Shown: positions 21,001 to 29,132 of the stretch, one piece after another
How positions within the stretch are numbered: the first letter of the stretch is position 1
Layout of the letters: each line of letters opens with the position of its first letter
Origin: Candidatus Obscuribacterales bacterium
Lineage (GTDB): Bacteria > Cyanobacteriota > Vampirovibrionia > Obscuribacterales > Obscuribacteraceae
Reading direction: 5' to 3'
Length of the DNA: 64,000 bases
Assembly (NCBI GenBank): GCA_965228855.1
Contig: CBDDIJ010000005.1
Location: forward strand, 224,001-288,000
Notes under the pieces: generated by a model
What the model saw: the letters and a program-made list of their open reading frames with translations, nothing else
What the model was told of the DNA's origin: nothing
Databases searched by the model: none
Made by a program: the position numbers and the translations under genes

Positions 21001-21891
21001 ATCGTTAACAAGCTGTTCCGATTTGGTGAGACAGTTAGTGGCGCGAACTTCTTTTTCACAAAGGACCATCTCGGGTCAAATCGAGAGATGACAAATGCGA
21101 GTGGCGGAGTTGATTCACAGATTGGCTACGATCCATACGGTAGAAGAAGCTTGCTCCAAGGAAGCTCGTTGCCCCATTTTGGATACGAGGGCTACTACAT
21201 TCATTCTCGAAGTTCGCTAGATATTGCTCGCAATCGCTGCTACAGCAGCAGTATAGGCCGGTTCCTCAACCGCGATCCGATTCGCGAGTCCGGCGGAATC
21301 AATCTCTATTCTTTCGTTGGCAACAACCCAATCAACTTTACTGACGTTAGTGGACTTGAGCCGGTCTCGCCACCGGCCGGAAGCGGATTTAGCGGTCTTG
21401 GAGCAGCGCTCGCGAGATTATGCAGGTGCTGTTACAAAAACAAGAAAGACATCGATGCCTGTATCAAGCAGGGCAATACGATTGCCAACAATCTCAACTC
21501 ACTCTGGAACACGAATTACGGGCAGGGGCCTTGGTCATCAGATCCTGAAAATGCTGGTGGTTACATGTGCTACGATTGGGCACAAGGCTTCATTGCTACG
21601 ATTGGAGCACTGGGCTCTGGAGCCAGTATGTTCAATGCAAGCATCGTGGAGTTTGCGGCCCCTCCTGAGGGGATGATTCAGCCTTTGCATTATGCTGTCA
21701 ATATCGCCACAGGAGCCAATCGCAAGTGTTCGCTCATGATCGATGACTCATTCTTAGGCGATGGAAGTATTCACGTTCCACCTTGGAATACGCAACCTTA
21801 TGTAAATACAGGCAGGAACGGATTTAGTCCGTCCTTACCGCATGCACCAGGCTCCCAAGGACCGTTTCCGCCGTTCCCCGCCCTTCCGTAA
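15094..21891 (+). CDS. RHS/YD-repeat protein: signal peptide, TPR-like region, peptidase C39 domain, RHS repeats with large insertion, RHS core, C-terminal effector
   Basis: YKCGPYAL / VVHWKVGHF / VSDP (C39). Many YD repeats. KDHLGS...YDPYG...RFLNRDPI..GGINLYSFVGNNPINFTDVSGL (RHS-associated core). Confidence 0.93.
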   Translation: MELHQNLKTRKLTTLFCVVLLLSALIAPGNAIEQDSGPKTVKVRKGSTSVRLFKPQLEIPENPTDEDIASARVFPERLRPTSSSEALVAENQKLKEAIMAFKAKNNKEDLSDLEHFIGSFPKSRWNPAIQLNMAKLRFETGYFSDALSLYQTAWNTLKNENGSQQSTLANEVLSELMVLSARLGRRDELKTYLQETNGRTLYGSMEEQIDDARTGFKYMETSPQLAYKCGPYALNSILNLKGLTKGRHPVIEQASSTHQGTNLLQLKNWARQCGLDFQIAKRSLGAPVLIPSVVHWKVGHFGALVKNHNGRFQVSDPTFDTDGNFWLSEKALDTECDGYYLVQNGPLPVGWEAVSDSEGSRVWGKGEAKGRDNDEHTPPCPKCYECGKNGGMARATAFKMLATLQIEDTPIEYTPPVGPQMDFTLTYNHLETNQPSSPAFTTFGPDWNFNWLSYLTIDASGNATVRVRGGGSEVFNYTQPNNVSNPYAPNLLSQAILAITDKERYERQLPDGSVEVFDQPDGTGRFFMTKVIDPQGNTVSIQYNTNFRIETITDAIGQATELQYLANQVSNVDYFKVKSISDPFSREATLTYDASKIHIVTITDVISLQSKFLYEPASSFILTMSTPYGITSFQNYVPKSDLNHTDPLATAALAKGIRFTYPDSTAMVVENWLNFAQRSYYWDRHAMELYPGDPSANIYAHCEQTQWQMIYGSTILESSVPDWVKLPLESRITYQYDEQVPHGNLHYTGTSNRPISVSRTITGGATQKSEFQNNAFGRVIQSKDPIGRKKNFYYAANNIDLLEVRQTRGSNNDLLEKWQYNDKHLPLVYIDGSGQTSTFSYNANGQILTFTDQDHKVTTYGYTGNYLTSVDGPLTGDKDKTTLSYDGYGRLYQITDSVGYTLTYDYDAANRVTKTTYPDGTFEELLYDRLDVVASKDRIGRWTTSSYNSLDELVKMTDPLGRSTEYSWCSCGSLVSLTDGAGNKTRWHHDLQGRTIQKIYADQSSYQFEYEDSCSSGRLKRRTDALNQRTDYLYNLDDTLSNINYSNLAVPLSTSNVALTWDQNYERISTITNGWGTLTYAYNSFVTNPYATPIFGGGKLRTVTNNVIANSGIEYFYDKVGRQIKREIDGASNPVTWAYDAMSRVTSEANALGTFNYSYVDQNATGGDRGTTRLAKIDYPSPNNQDTYFSYYGNTGDQRLERISNQASSGSIISQFDYGYDPAGQITEWQQFQNNKKLCYNLDYDSAGQLVSAQAGSGSFSPPFAREHVYSYDFGANRSSVQNSAVETIQISGTKKTGDILTITIFDTGLSGGQKVITYTVGPSDTLASIAQSLVNLINQDSSLQSVGINAVSAGPLGPPCVTIRSVSRNTTTYATSVSFGSTETMKSIVWGNGTSNIIISGAKTAGDVISITVRDATLTQTVSYQVQSTDTLISIAVGLKNAINANSTLTAAGITATSGSSGIDGVLSVSSSSINATNYSLATSANSTESLVLRPNMNNDQRVPISFGIYPSGRDFSIRVFDKSLPGGMQEFNYTTQTSTSSSSIETVLAVLINSNPYMIQSQIYADAGSGVNITSKSINKTSIWAGLPDYSTGVVTWYSIFPERQQGQTITIGGTITTNDTISLDIYSGSPTPRTVNYTVPSGATTTSVAAGLAALMPNAISSSTVVYFLEAPPATVVARLNSGATETVTVGPAIGSERSFCNNANELVGQTTGGPVAVQAAFNRPVSAAEVNSNVILLNCKSPNSTTYSVSASSGTESIALGSNFSGNTTVKIGGTGSSAQTMSLTVHDSRLAGGTKTISISTPGVGISLSATAALLSAAVNSDLELSAIGVGAENNSNASLQDAQHAAGSAQFADSQNELRIKVSSDPNLFTQVIPVTGSSSQKTFTHDANGNLTSDGTNTYEWDAENRLIKISYPGTNNYSQLTYDGTSRLCKIVETVSGTVTETRQIVWSQLAKCEIRDGSGTIVNKLFRFGETVSGANFFFTKDHLGSNREMTNASGGVDSQIGYDPYGRRSLLQGSSLPHFGYEGYYIHSRSSLDIARNRCYSSSIGRFLNRDPIRESGGINLYSFVGNNPINFTDVSGLEPVSPPAGSGFSGLGAALARLCRCCYKNKKDIDACIKQGNTIANNLNSLWNTNYGQGPWSSDPENAGGYMCYDWAQGFIATIGALGSGASMFNASIVEFAAPPEGMIQPLHYAVNIATGANRKCSLMIDDSFLGDGSIHVPPWNTQPYVNTGRNGFSPSLPHAPGSQGPFPPFPALP

Positions 21892-21896
21892 GCAAG

Positions 21897-22742
21897 TTAG
21901 GATGAGGGCTTTCCACTTGGAGATGTCGACAAAAAATAGAAGAAGTCGACGGTCTTGTTCTTTCCTTCAGTTGCGAATACGAAGTCCAGAGCACCCGGCA
22001 CGTAGATTCCCTTAAGGAGAGAATAGGGCGCCTTCTTCAGTACTTCGAACGCTGATTCGTCCACCGACGTTGAACCGCTCGGACAAATTATTTTCACCTC
22101 GACACATTTAGAGTCTTGACCGATAAAAACGAAGCAACGAGTAAGCACCAGACCTTCGCTCTCGGGCGGTGACCAGGACTCGATTACCTCAGTCTTGAAT
22201 CTGTCGATTTGTTTCTGGATGGCCCGTTTCGGATCAGTACTAGAATGATTAGACCTCGCTTTTCTTCCTTGGATTACGGCCAAAATCTTCTCAGCTTCAG
22301 GATTCCGTTTGTCTTTGGACAGCGAAATCGCTCTTTTACAATGTAGTTCAGCATCGACTAATCGCGGATTCGGACTCCTCAAAAAAACGCTGGACAATGC
22401 AAGATGACCGGTTGGATCGAGTGGTTTATGCTTAAGAATCCGCTCCCATGCCCAGATCAAATGAAGATAGTGCGCACGCGCTGTTGCTAACTGATCAGCT
22501 CTCGTATACGCTAGAATCGCCTTTTCAATGTCGCCCTGCTCCTCATACTTTTTGCCTTGGGCCAGCTCAGACCAGAAATCGACGAGATCCTTCTGTGTCG
22601 ACTGTTTTGGTCTGGCTACTGCTGTGTCAGATCCTTTAGAGTCAGCAGGTAACGCTAAAGCCAATGAACTGGTCATCGAGAAGACTAGCGTCAAACAAAT
22701 CAGTGCTTTCAACAAGAAATCCTCTAAACGATTAAGAAGCAA
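21897..22742 (-). CDS. Exported TPR protein with TonB C-terminal-like domain
   Basis: Signal-like N-terminus, TPR-like helices, C-terminal WSPP...IGQDSK..EVKIICPSGSTSVDESAFEVLKKAPY. Confidence 0.7.
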   Translation of the reverse strand: MLLNRLEDFLLKALICLTLVFSMTSSLALALPADSKGSDTAVARPKQSTQKDLVDFWSELAQGKKYEEQGDIEKAILAYTRADQLATARAHYLHLIWAWERILKHKPLDPTGHLALSSVFLRSPNPRLVDAELHCKRAISLSKDKRNPEAEKILAVIQGRKARSNHSSTDPKRAIQKQIDRFKTEVIESWSPPESEGLVLTRCFVFIGQDSKCVEVKIICPSGSTSVDESAFEVLKKAPYSLLKGIYVPGALDFVFATEGKNKTVDFFYFLSTSPSGKPSS

Positions 22743-23004
22743 GATCTATTGTATACCAGATTCTAACTGGTCGCAGACTAGTGCAAGGCTGGCATAGCCA
22801 CCACCAGTAGTATCTCTTAAACATCAATCTGTTCAGCTTCATTTTTACTCAAAAACACCGGTCTTCGTATCCTCTTTTCAGGATTACATATCTGTTGTAT
22901 GATTCGCGAAAAGACAGATATAATCGTACTTTTACGCATTATCACCCGTTTTTAATTTTCAATTCGCGTCTACACAAACGCCTACATAATGGGGGAGTTT
23001 TCGG

Positions 23005-24165
23005 GTGCCCAAGATAAGCGACAAATTAATGAGTGATATCACGAAACCTGATCGTGGACAGAAAATTTACCGCGACAGCGAGCTTAAAGGATTCGGCTTG
23101 AGGGTGACTCCAGGCTCGATGTCGTACATCGTCGAAAGTCGAGTCAATGGAAGCTCTCGCAGGGTCACGATTGGGAAGTGTGATGAGATGACTCCAGAGA
23201 AGGCTCGCAGAGAGGCACGGCGCATTCTCGGCGAGATGTCTCAGAATAAAGTGCCAACCGCGAAGCAGTCCACTGTCACTCTGCGAGAGGTTCGCGATCA
23301 GTTCCTTGAAGTGAGAAAGTTGAAACCGAACAGCGTCAGAAGTTATCGAAGTCTCTTGGATCGGTGTGTCTCGGATTGGCTCGACCTGCCGATCACGAGC
23401 ATCACTTACGAGATGGTTCAGACCAGACACAAAGAACTCACGAAAACATCGAGACAGGGAACAAGCGGGCAGTACCAGGCGAATGCCGTCCTGAGAACGG
23501 TGGGCTGCCTGATCAACTTCGCAGCGGATAACTTCGAGGATGCTGATGGACAGTCGATCATCGTCGCCAACCCTGTCAGGAAACTCACGAAGAACAGAGG
23601 ATGGCATAAAGAGCATCGCCGCCGAAACATAATCCCGGACCACAAGTTGCAGAATTGGTATCAAACTGTGATGTCGATTAGGCAGCACAAAGTCCGCGAC
23701 TTTCTTCTGTTTGTTTTGCTGACCGGCTTGCGAAAAAATGAGGCTGCAACGCTTGTATGGAAGGATGTCGATCTAGACGATCCATCAATTCTCATCAGAC
23801 ATGACGTGGCGAAGAACGGCGAAGAGCATCGGCTTCCGTTGGGCCCGTTTCTTGTATTGCTCCTCAAGCAGAGGAAGGTGCATACTGGAAATTCAAAATA
23901 CGTCTTTCCAGGTCAGAGTGGCAATGATCACCTTATCGACTGCGGCGATATCGTCGAAAGAGTGATCAGGGATACTGGACACCACTTCGTACTGCACGAC
24001 CTCAGGCGTACCTTTATACGAATCGAAGACTGGCTTCTTGTCTGCTTCCCGGGAATACTAAAGCGACTAGTATTAGGCCGACACAAAATTATTTGGCAAA
24101 AGTCTCTCAAAGTTATTGACACATTCCGAAGCGCGGAAATCCGGCGATGTAGTCGCGGTTTTTAA
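23005..24165 (+). pseudogene. P4-like tyrosine integrase with arm-binding N-domain, probably damaged at the 3' end
   Basis: RDSELKGFGLRVTPG arm domain, LLTGLRKNE (catalytic R), KNG, HDLRRTF. No Tyr follows HDLRRTF, and the frame runs into IS21-like sequence. Confidence 0.8.
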
Positions 24166-24299
24166 TTCTTTTCGTCCTTTAATGAGTCGACAAAAAAGGC
24201 GATAGCGTGGAACTATCACTTTCTCTGTGGACTCATAAGATGCGATTGTTAGCTGTGCGTTTCTATCGATCGATTATTGGTGCGCCGTAATTGTGTGTA

Positions 24300-24381
24300 C
24301 ACGGTCTCCGAGTGGTGAAGCAGGCGATCAACTAATGTGACTACGCATGCGGCATTCGGAAAGATTTCTGACCACTCCGTG
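24300..24381 (-). pseudogene. istB: IstB C-terminal fragment
   Basis: Manual translation [26 protein letters not shown]. Confidence 0.75.
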
Positions 24382-24540
24382 CTGCCGATCTTCGTCGGTC
24401 GAGAATTTCCTGAATTGAATTACTGTGGATCTTTCCTTGACCGAGAGCTTCGTGAAGCGCCGCTTCTAATTTCGACTACCACCTCCTGTGCCTATTCAGT
24501 TCTCGCAACGCGCCATTAATGAACTACGGGTGGTGCCAAA

Positions 24541-24720
24541 AAAACTCGACTTGGCAAGACAATGATTGCCCAAAATCTAGCACAAAAAGCCTTGATGCAG
24601 GGCGTCACGACCAGGTTCATCAAAGCCAGCGACATGCTAAACGAACTCACTGAATGCGACGGTTCGCGCGAACGCAGAAAATGTCTGAATAAGTATTCAA
24701 ACACCGGACTACTCGTCACC
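24541..24720 (+). pseudogene. istB: IstB Walker A region fragment, inverted relative to the rest of the element
   Basis: KTRLGKTMIAQNLAQKALMQGVTTRFIKASDMLNEL...KYSNTGLLV on the + strand. Confidence 0.75.
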
Positions 24721-24777
24721 AAGAAAGAACCATCACAAAGGCAAGAAGCCGTCTCTGAGCGTTTCCGACCTGCAAGC

Positions 24778-25138
24778 TTACTCCGCTGCTTGATTTGCTT
24801 TTTCTTCCAAAAACGAAAGTGTAAAGAGGTCTTCGATTTGCGTTCTCTGTTCGAGCATTGGCAAGCGGTCCCTCGCGAAATTCTCTAATCGATGGTGAAT
24901 CATATCGTCACAAAGAAGCCACTGAACGCGCGGCCAAAAGCGCCGCTCTTTCAACTCTGCCTTTCTCATTTGCGCGGCGAACGGGCACCGGCTTTGGTGC
25001 GAATCGGTAGTGGGCGGCGAGAGAAAGCAGGTCGGGATTGAAATGAATTGCATCTCCAACTCGTTCTAGAAATATTGGAACCGGCGACCACCGCGCCAAA
25101 AATCTCGACGCGCAAATGGACCACACTAGGCACTGCAT
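24778..25138 (-). pseudogene. istA: IstA transposase fragments
   Basis: [41 protein letters not shown], then broken frames. Confidence 0.75.
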
Positions 25139-25476
25139 ATGGTGCAGCGCACTTGGTGCTCAATTTGTATATCGGTCAAAGATGATGGTTTGGTGGACCC
25201 GACAAGCAAACCACTTCTAGGAGCGGATTGAGAACCCTGATGCGTCACGCTTGGAATCTCATGCTCGCCGCGAAATTTTTTCTGTCGACGGCGATGCACT
25301 TCCTCTCCGGCTTCCGTCTGTTGATATCTTCTGCTGGCCTCCCTCTGCGAGCGCTTCCGCGCTTTATTACGACATGGAGTAGGACAGTAAATATTTCCAC
25401 GATCGCAATTTAAACAGACGAAAGTCTGCTTAAAGCAAAACGCGCAGTTGAAGAGCCGGTAGCTTGAATCTAGCAA
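25126..25476 (-). CDS. Small Cys-rich basic protein inside the IS21 left end
   Basis: [20 protein letters not shown]...RRYQQT and a C-terminal CTIC. Lies between the IS21 terminal repeat and istA. Confidence 0.65.
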   Translation of the reverse strand: MLDSSYRLFNCAFCFKQTFVCLNCDRGNIYCPTPCRNKARKRSQREASRRYQQTEAGEEVHRRRQKKFRGEHEIPSVTHQGSQSAPRSGLLVGSTKPSSLTDIQIEHQVRCTICSA

Positions 25477-25812
25477 TGATTAGCAGCAAAGGCTGGACAG
25501 ATCAGCGCTCGATCAAGGACACTACCTTTGCTTTGTTGAATCTAGCGAAGCATCTAGGGGTTCGAGTGACAGCTCGGACCTCTAACCTTTTGCAAAACAA
25601 ATTTCTCAAAAATCCAACTTCGACAACGGATTTCTATATCTGGTCGATAGTCGATGTTGCGAACTTCTTCATGCTCGCCGGATAGTCGCGGATCTAGATC
25701 GCCGTCGACAGGCACGACTATTTAACGCGAAAGTCTCCCTTGACGTGGTACAACAAAAATGGGACAGGTCATTAGGACTCTGTATTTGTAAACAAAGTAA
25801 AGCACAAATAGA

Positions 25813-25829
25813 AGGGATAATTTATCCCT
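25813..25829 (-). terminator. Palindrome AGGGATAA-T-TTATCCCT followed by T-rich sequence on the minus strand; possible tRNA-Pro terminator or protein site
   Basis: Near-perfect inverted repeat about 50 bp downstream of the tRNA 3' end. Confidence 0.4.
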
Positions 25830-25880
25830 CCAATTCTCTACACCGCCTCTACAGAATCAAATTTCAAACTGCGAAAACTA

Positions 25881-25954
25881 TCGGGACGACAGGATTCGAA
25901 CCTGCGACCTATTGCTCCCAAAGCAACCGCGCTACCAAGCTGCGCTACGTCCCG
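25881..25954 (-). tRNA. tRNA-Pro(UGG)
   Basis: CGGGACGTAGCGCAGCTTGGTAGCGCGGTTGCTTTGGGAGCAATAGGTCGCAGGTTCGAATCCTGTCGTCCCGA: full cloverleaf, anticodon TGG, CCA not encoded. Confidence 0.97.
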
Positions 25955-25998
25955 GTGGAGTTCAATATATCACACTGAACGGGGCATATGGGAGCCCG

Positions 25999-27339
25999 TC
26001 AGATAGGCTCCTTAACACTCACCGGCGCTTTCAATGTTTCATATCCTGGAAACGAATCAGTGGCGTGCTGAGTGGCTGCAGGCGCGTCCTCCGAGTTATC
26101 GACCGGCGCCTTAGCCGCGACTTTCGTATCGCCCGCGAGACTACTATCAGCCATTGGCGTCGTAGTCGTCAACAGGTCGTTTTGTTGCAGATACTCCTGG
26201 AGCGTGTCGGCGACAAACTTGTGACCCAGGCTGGACAAGTGAACTCGCAAGAACAAATCTTTCTGCTGCGGCTGCTTTTTGAAAGCCTCGCTCAAATCGA
26301 GCAATCCGAAACCATGCTCTTTGCCGAGCGCGGTCAGTTCGCCCGCTAATTGTTGCGATGCCGTTCCCGTCGGATCGGGGAGCAGCATGACAACAAGCTT
26401 GCTACCGGTCTTTGCGCATTTTTCCGAAAGTGCCACCACAAGTGCGTCGGTCACCTTGGTCGGATCTTGCTCGGCATAGGAGGGTCCAGGCACTTCGGCT
26501 TTCGGATCTTTGCCTTGAAGAAACGCTACCACGCGCTGGAAATTTCCGCGCCACTTGAAGTAAACCCGCTCGTTGTTGTTGAGCGCCATGTCGGTTTGAG
26601 TCAGAACGCCATAGATGCGACTGTTCAATTGCAACCAATTGATCGCCTTAGCCCAGGCATTGTTTTCGGCGCCAGGAGCGTAGTACCAGTCGATTACCGA
26701 ATTGTCTTGCTGGAGTTTTCCTTCACTGTCGATGTAGAAATACGGACGTGGCTGCGCTTTATTGCGCTTCTTTGGATCGACGATGTTGGCGCTTGTGTTT
26801 CCCCAATGCATAAGGACAACGGTGACATCCGGCTTGTACTGCTCAACTTCATGCGTGTATTGAACGTATTCTTGAGCTGTCGAATAACCCGAGCACGCGA
26901 AGTTAATAACTTCAAAGTTGTGAGATGCACCTTCATTCAATTGCATCTCCAGACGGCGCGCATAGACATCCTGCAACGGCACCTGTAGCCCCTCTGAGTG
27001 AGAGTCTCCAAGGACTGCGATCCGTTTTACCCCGGTCGGTTTCGCAACCGTATGCTCAATGTCTCGATAACCGATAGAATTGAGATTATCTGCGGAGAAG
27101 CCCTCCATCCGCCAGATTATGTTTTTGCCCGGCAAATGGGTGGTGCCCAAAGTTTTGCTCGGAGTCAAAAACTCCTGACCACCAACTCCAGAAATACGGA
27201 AGACACCTTCCAAAACCGCAATACCGACAATCAAACAGACAAGCGCTTCGGCAGCCGTTCTCCACAAGGGCTTACGCGGCACACCAGGCGTGTACCATTC
27301 TGCTACTTGTTTCTTTTCTGGTGGGGCTACTGTTTGCAT
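25999..27339 (-). CDS. Membrane-anchored SGNH/GDSL hydrolase (O-acetyltransferase partner)
   Basis: TM helix, LGDSHSEG, EVINFACSGYS, RVHLSSLGH (the Asp of DxxH appears replaced). Confidence 0.85.
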   Translation of the reverse strand: MQTVAPPEKKQVAEWYTPGVPRKPLWRTAAEALVCLIVGIAVLEGVFRISGVGGQEFLTPSKTLGTTHLPGKNIIWRMEGFSADNLNSIGYRDIEHTVAKPTGVKRIAVLGDSHSEGLQVPLQDVYARRLEMQLNEGASHNFEVINFACSGYSTAQEYVQYTHEVEQYKPDVTVVLMHWGNTSANIVDPKKRNKAQPRPYFYIDSEGKLQQDNSVIDWYYAPGAENNAWAKAINWLQLNSRIYGVLTQTDMALNNNERVYFKWRGNFQRVVAFLQGKDPKAEVPGPSYAEQDPTKVTDALVVALSEKCAKTGSKLVVMLLPDPTGTASQQLAGELTALGKEHGFGLLDLSEAFKKQPQQKDLFLRVHLSSLGHKFVADTLQEYLQQNDLLTTTTPMADSSLAGDTKVAAKAPVDNSEDAPAATQHATDSFPGYETLKAPVSVKEPI

Positions 27340-27427
27340 TTCGCTTTGTCTGGTTCTGTATCTAATCTGTGGATTGTGTTTGAACTATTTCGTGAAATCA
27401 ACTGTGAGGTGAAACCGCTACCAACTT

Positions 27428-28915
27428 CTAAAATTGGAAATAGACGAAGGGCTGTACATGTCCCGGCGCATAAGCCAGAATGGCAATTGCGACTGCCGAG
27501 TATGTGACTGCCTTCATTGGAACCGATTGATTCCAGAAATTCGCAATTTGCATTGCCACCGCTGGCAGTGCCAGTTCTTTCTTGTTCATATACTCGACCC
27601 ATGCATGAATCGCGCAGAACAGACCATATGCCACCATCGTGATTGGCAGAGTCGAGTTGAAGAACGTGGTTGTAATCTCCCCAGCCGGTGAAGAACCAAA
27701 ACCGCGCTCATACATTTGAAAAGCGTGAGTCACGCTCGGAGCTCGGAAAATCACAAGCAACACGGTCCACGTCCAGAAGGTCGCGATCACCGCAGACCAG
27801 TGCCACCATGGTGTCGGTTTCATCTTAGAAAGTGTGGGGTGTTTATCTGTAAATTGTTGCCAGTCGCGAGTGACTGCAAGAATGACACCCTGGATGCAAC
27901 CGAAGAACACATAGTGCCAGGCCGCTCCGTGCCACAATCCGCCAAGAGCCATTGTCAAAAACAGATTTCGACGTTGCTTCCACGGACTGCAATGCGAACC
28001 ACCCATCGGGAAATATAAATAGTCGCGCAGCCAGGTGCTGAGCGAGATATGCCAACGCCGCCAGATTTCCAGGAAATTAGCGGACAAAAATGGGAGGTTG
28101 AAGTTGATCGGGACACGATAGCCGAAAAGCAGCGCCGACCCGCGCCCAATGTCAGTGTAGCCGGCGAAGTCGAAGAAAACCTGGAAAGTAAATGCGAAGA
28201 AAACGATCCATGCATCCATCGTTCCCAACGCGGCCGGATTGGCATAGCCAGGGTCGACAATCATCTGGGCAAGCACGTCTCCGAGACATACTTTCTTGAA
28301 CAGCCCTTGAAGGATCAAAAACATTCCATCGTTAAAATCTTTAGTCGAGAACACCGGTGGATGAACAAGCTGTTTCGAAAAATCCTGAAAACGCTTGATT
28401 GGACCGGCGATCTGCGACGGAAAAAACGCACCGAAAAGAGCGAAGTCGAAGAAATTCTTCATCGGCTTGCTGCCCTTGTAGACATCGACAACGTAGTGGA
28501 TGAACTCGAATGCAAAGAAAGAGATGCCCAACGGAAGCAGGATATCGTAGACCGGAGCCTGACTCATGTTTGCGAGTTGAATGCCGGTGGTTTGATTCAA
28601 CGCCTTCAGGCCCTGCCACACGCTGTCCAAAAGGAAGTTTGTGTACTTGAAGAAGCACAAGCAACCAAGGTTAGCAACGACGGCAATTGTAAGGAAAAAT
28701 TTCTTGCGCTTCTCGGCACCAGCGATAAGCAAACCGAGGAAATAGTTGACGACGGTCAAGCCGAACAACAGCAAGCCGTACTTCGGCAGCCAGCTCATAT
28801 AGAAGATGTAGCTCGCAACAAGCAGCAATATCTTACGGAATTTATTAGGGAGCACCCAATAGAGTCCGAAGACGATTGGTAAGAAGACGAGATAGTTGAA
28901 GCTGCTAAATAGCAT
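27428..28915 (-). CDS. MBOAT-family O-acyltransferase (AlgI/PatA/DltB-like)
   Basis: MLFSS start (ATG 28915), LPLGISFF, GPIKR, DFAGYTDI, WRRWHISLSTWLRDYLY, GLWHGA, terminal FVYFQF. Confidence 0.95.
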   Translation of the reverse strand: MLFSSFNYLVFLPIVFGLYWVLPNKFRKILLLVASYIFYMSWLPKYGLLLFGLTVVNYFLGLLIAGAEKRKKFFLTIAVVANLGCLCFFKYTNFLLDSVWQGLKALNQTTGIQLANMSQAPVYDILLPLGISFFAFEFIHYVVDVYKGSKPMKNFFDFALFGAFFPSQIAGPIKRFQDFSKQLVHPPVFSTKDFNDGMFLILQGLFKKVCLGDVLAQMIVDPGYANPAALGTMDAWIVFFAFTFQVFFDFAGYTDIGRGSALLFGYRVPINFNLPFLSANFLEIWRRWHISLSTWLRDYLYFPMGGSHCSPWKQRRNLFLTMALGGLWHGAAWHYVFFGCIQGVILAVTRDWQQFTDKHPTLSKMKPTPWWHWSAVIATFWTWTVLLVIFRAPSVTHAFQMYERGFGSSPAGEITTTFFNSTLPITMVAYGLFCAIHAWVEYMNKKELALPAVAMQIANFWNQSVPMKAVTYSAVAIAILAYAPGHVQPFVYFQF

Positions 28916-29132
28916 GGTTTCCGGCTGTTCTCTGGAAGAGGTCAAGCGATAGCCGATGATAGCACGACAAGCCAAGAGCTACCTTTTAGCATTCACATAA
29001 TTAGGTCCGCTTAAGAATGAGGCAGATCTGTCGGGATTGAAGCCAAACCGTTCAGGGCTGCTAGACCTGACTGTTTCGAATTAGTGAAAAAGACCGCGAA
29101 AGGAGTCTGAGGCAGATTACAAACGGAACAAA

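Larger units (their letters stand above)
24131..25710 (-). mobile_element. Degenerate, internally rearranged IS21-family element
   Basis: End at 25710 reads TGTCGACGGCGATCTAGATCCGCGACTATCCGGCGA on the minus strand; a partial inverted copy (CGCGGAAATCCGGCGA) lies near 24132. istA pieces ([36 protein letters not shown]) and istB pieces lie between. Confidence 0.8.
1..25880. mobile_element. Composite genomic island / integration hotspot downstream of tRNA-Pro (left end outside window)
   Basis: Bounded on the right by the tRNA-Pro 3' end. Contains two tyrosine integrase remnants, IS481, IS21 fragments, a tRNA-Arg 3' half, and defence-like and RHS genes. Housekeeping-type genes start immediately beyond the tRNA. 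Confidence 0.75.

Noticed and set aside
21897..22742. RHS immunity protein
   Set aside because: Convergent orientation and a TPR-TonB-C architecture of general type; nothing links it to the toxin tip.
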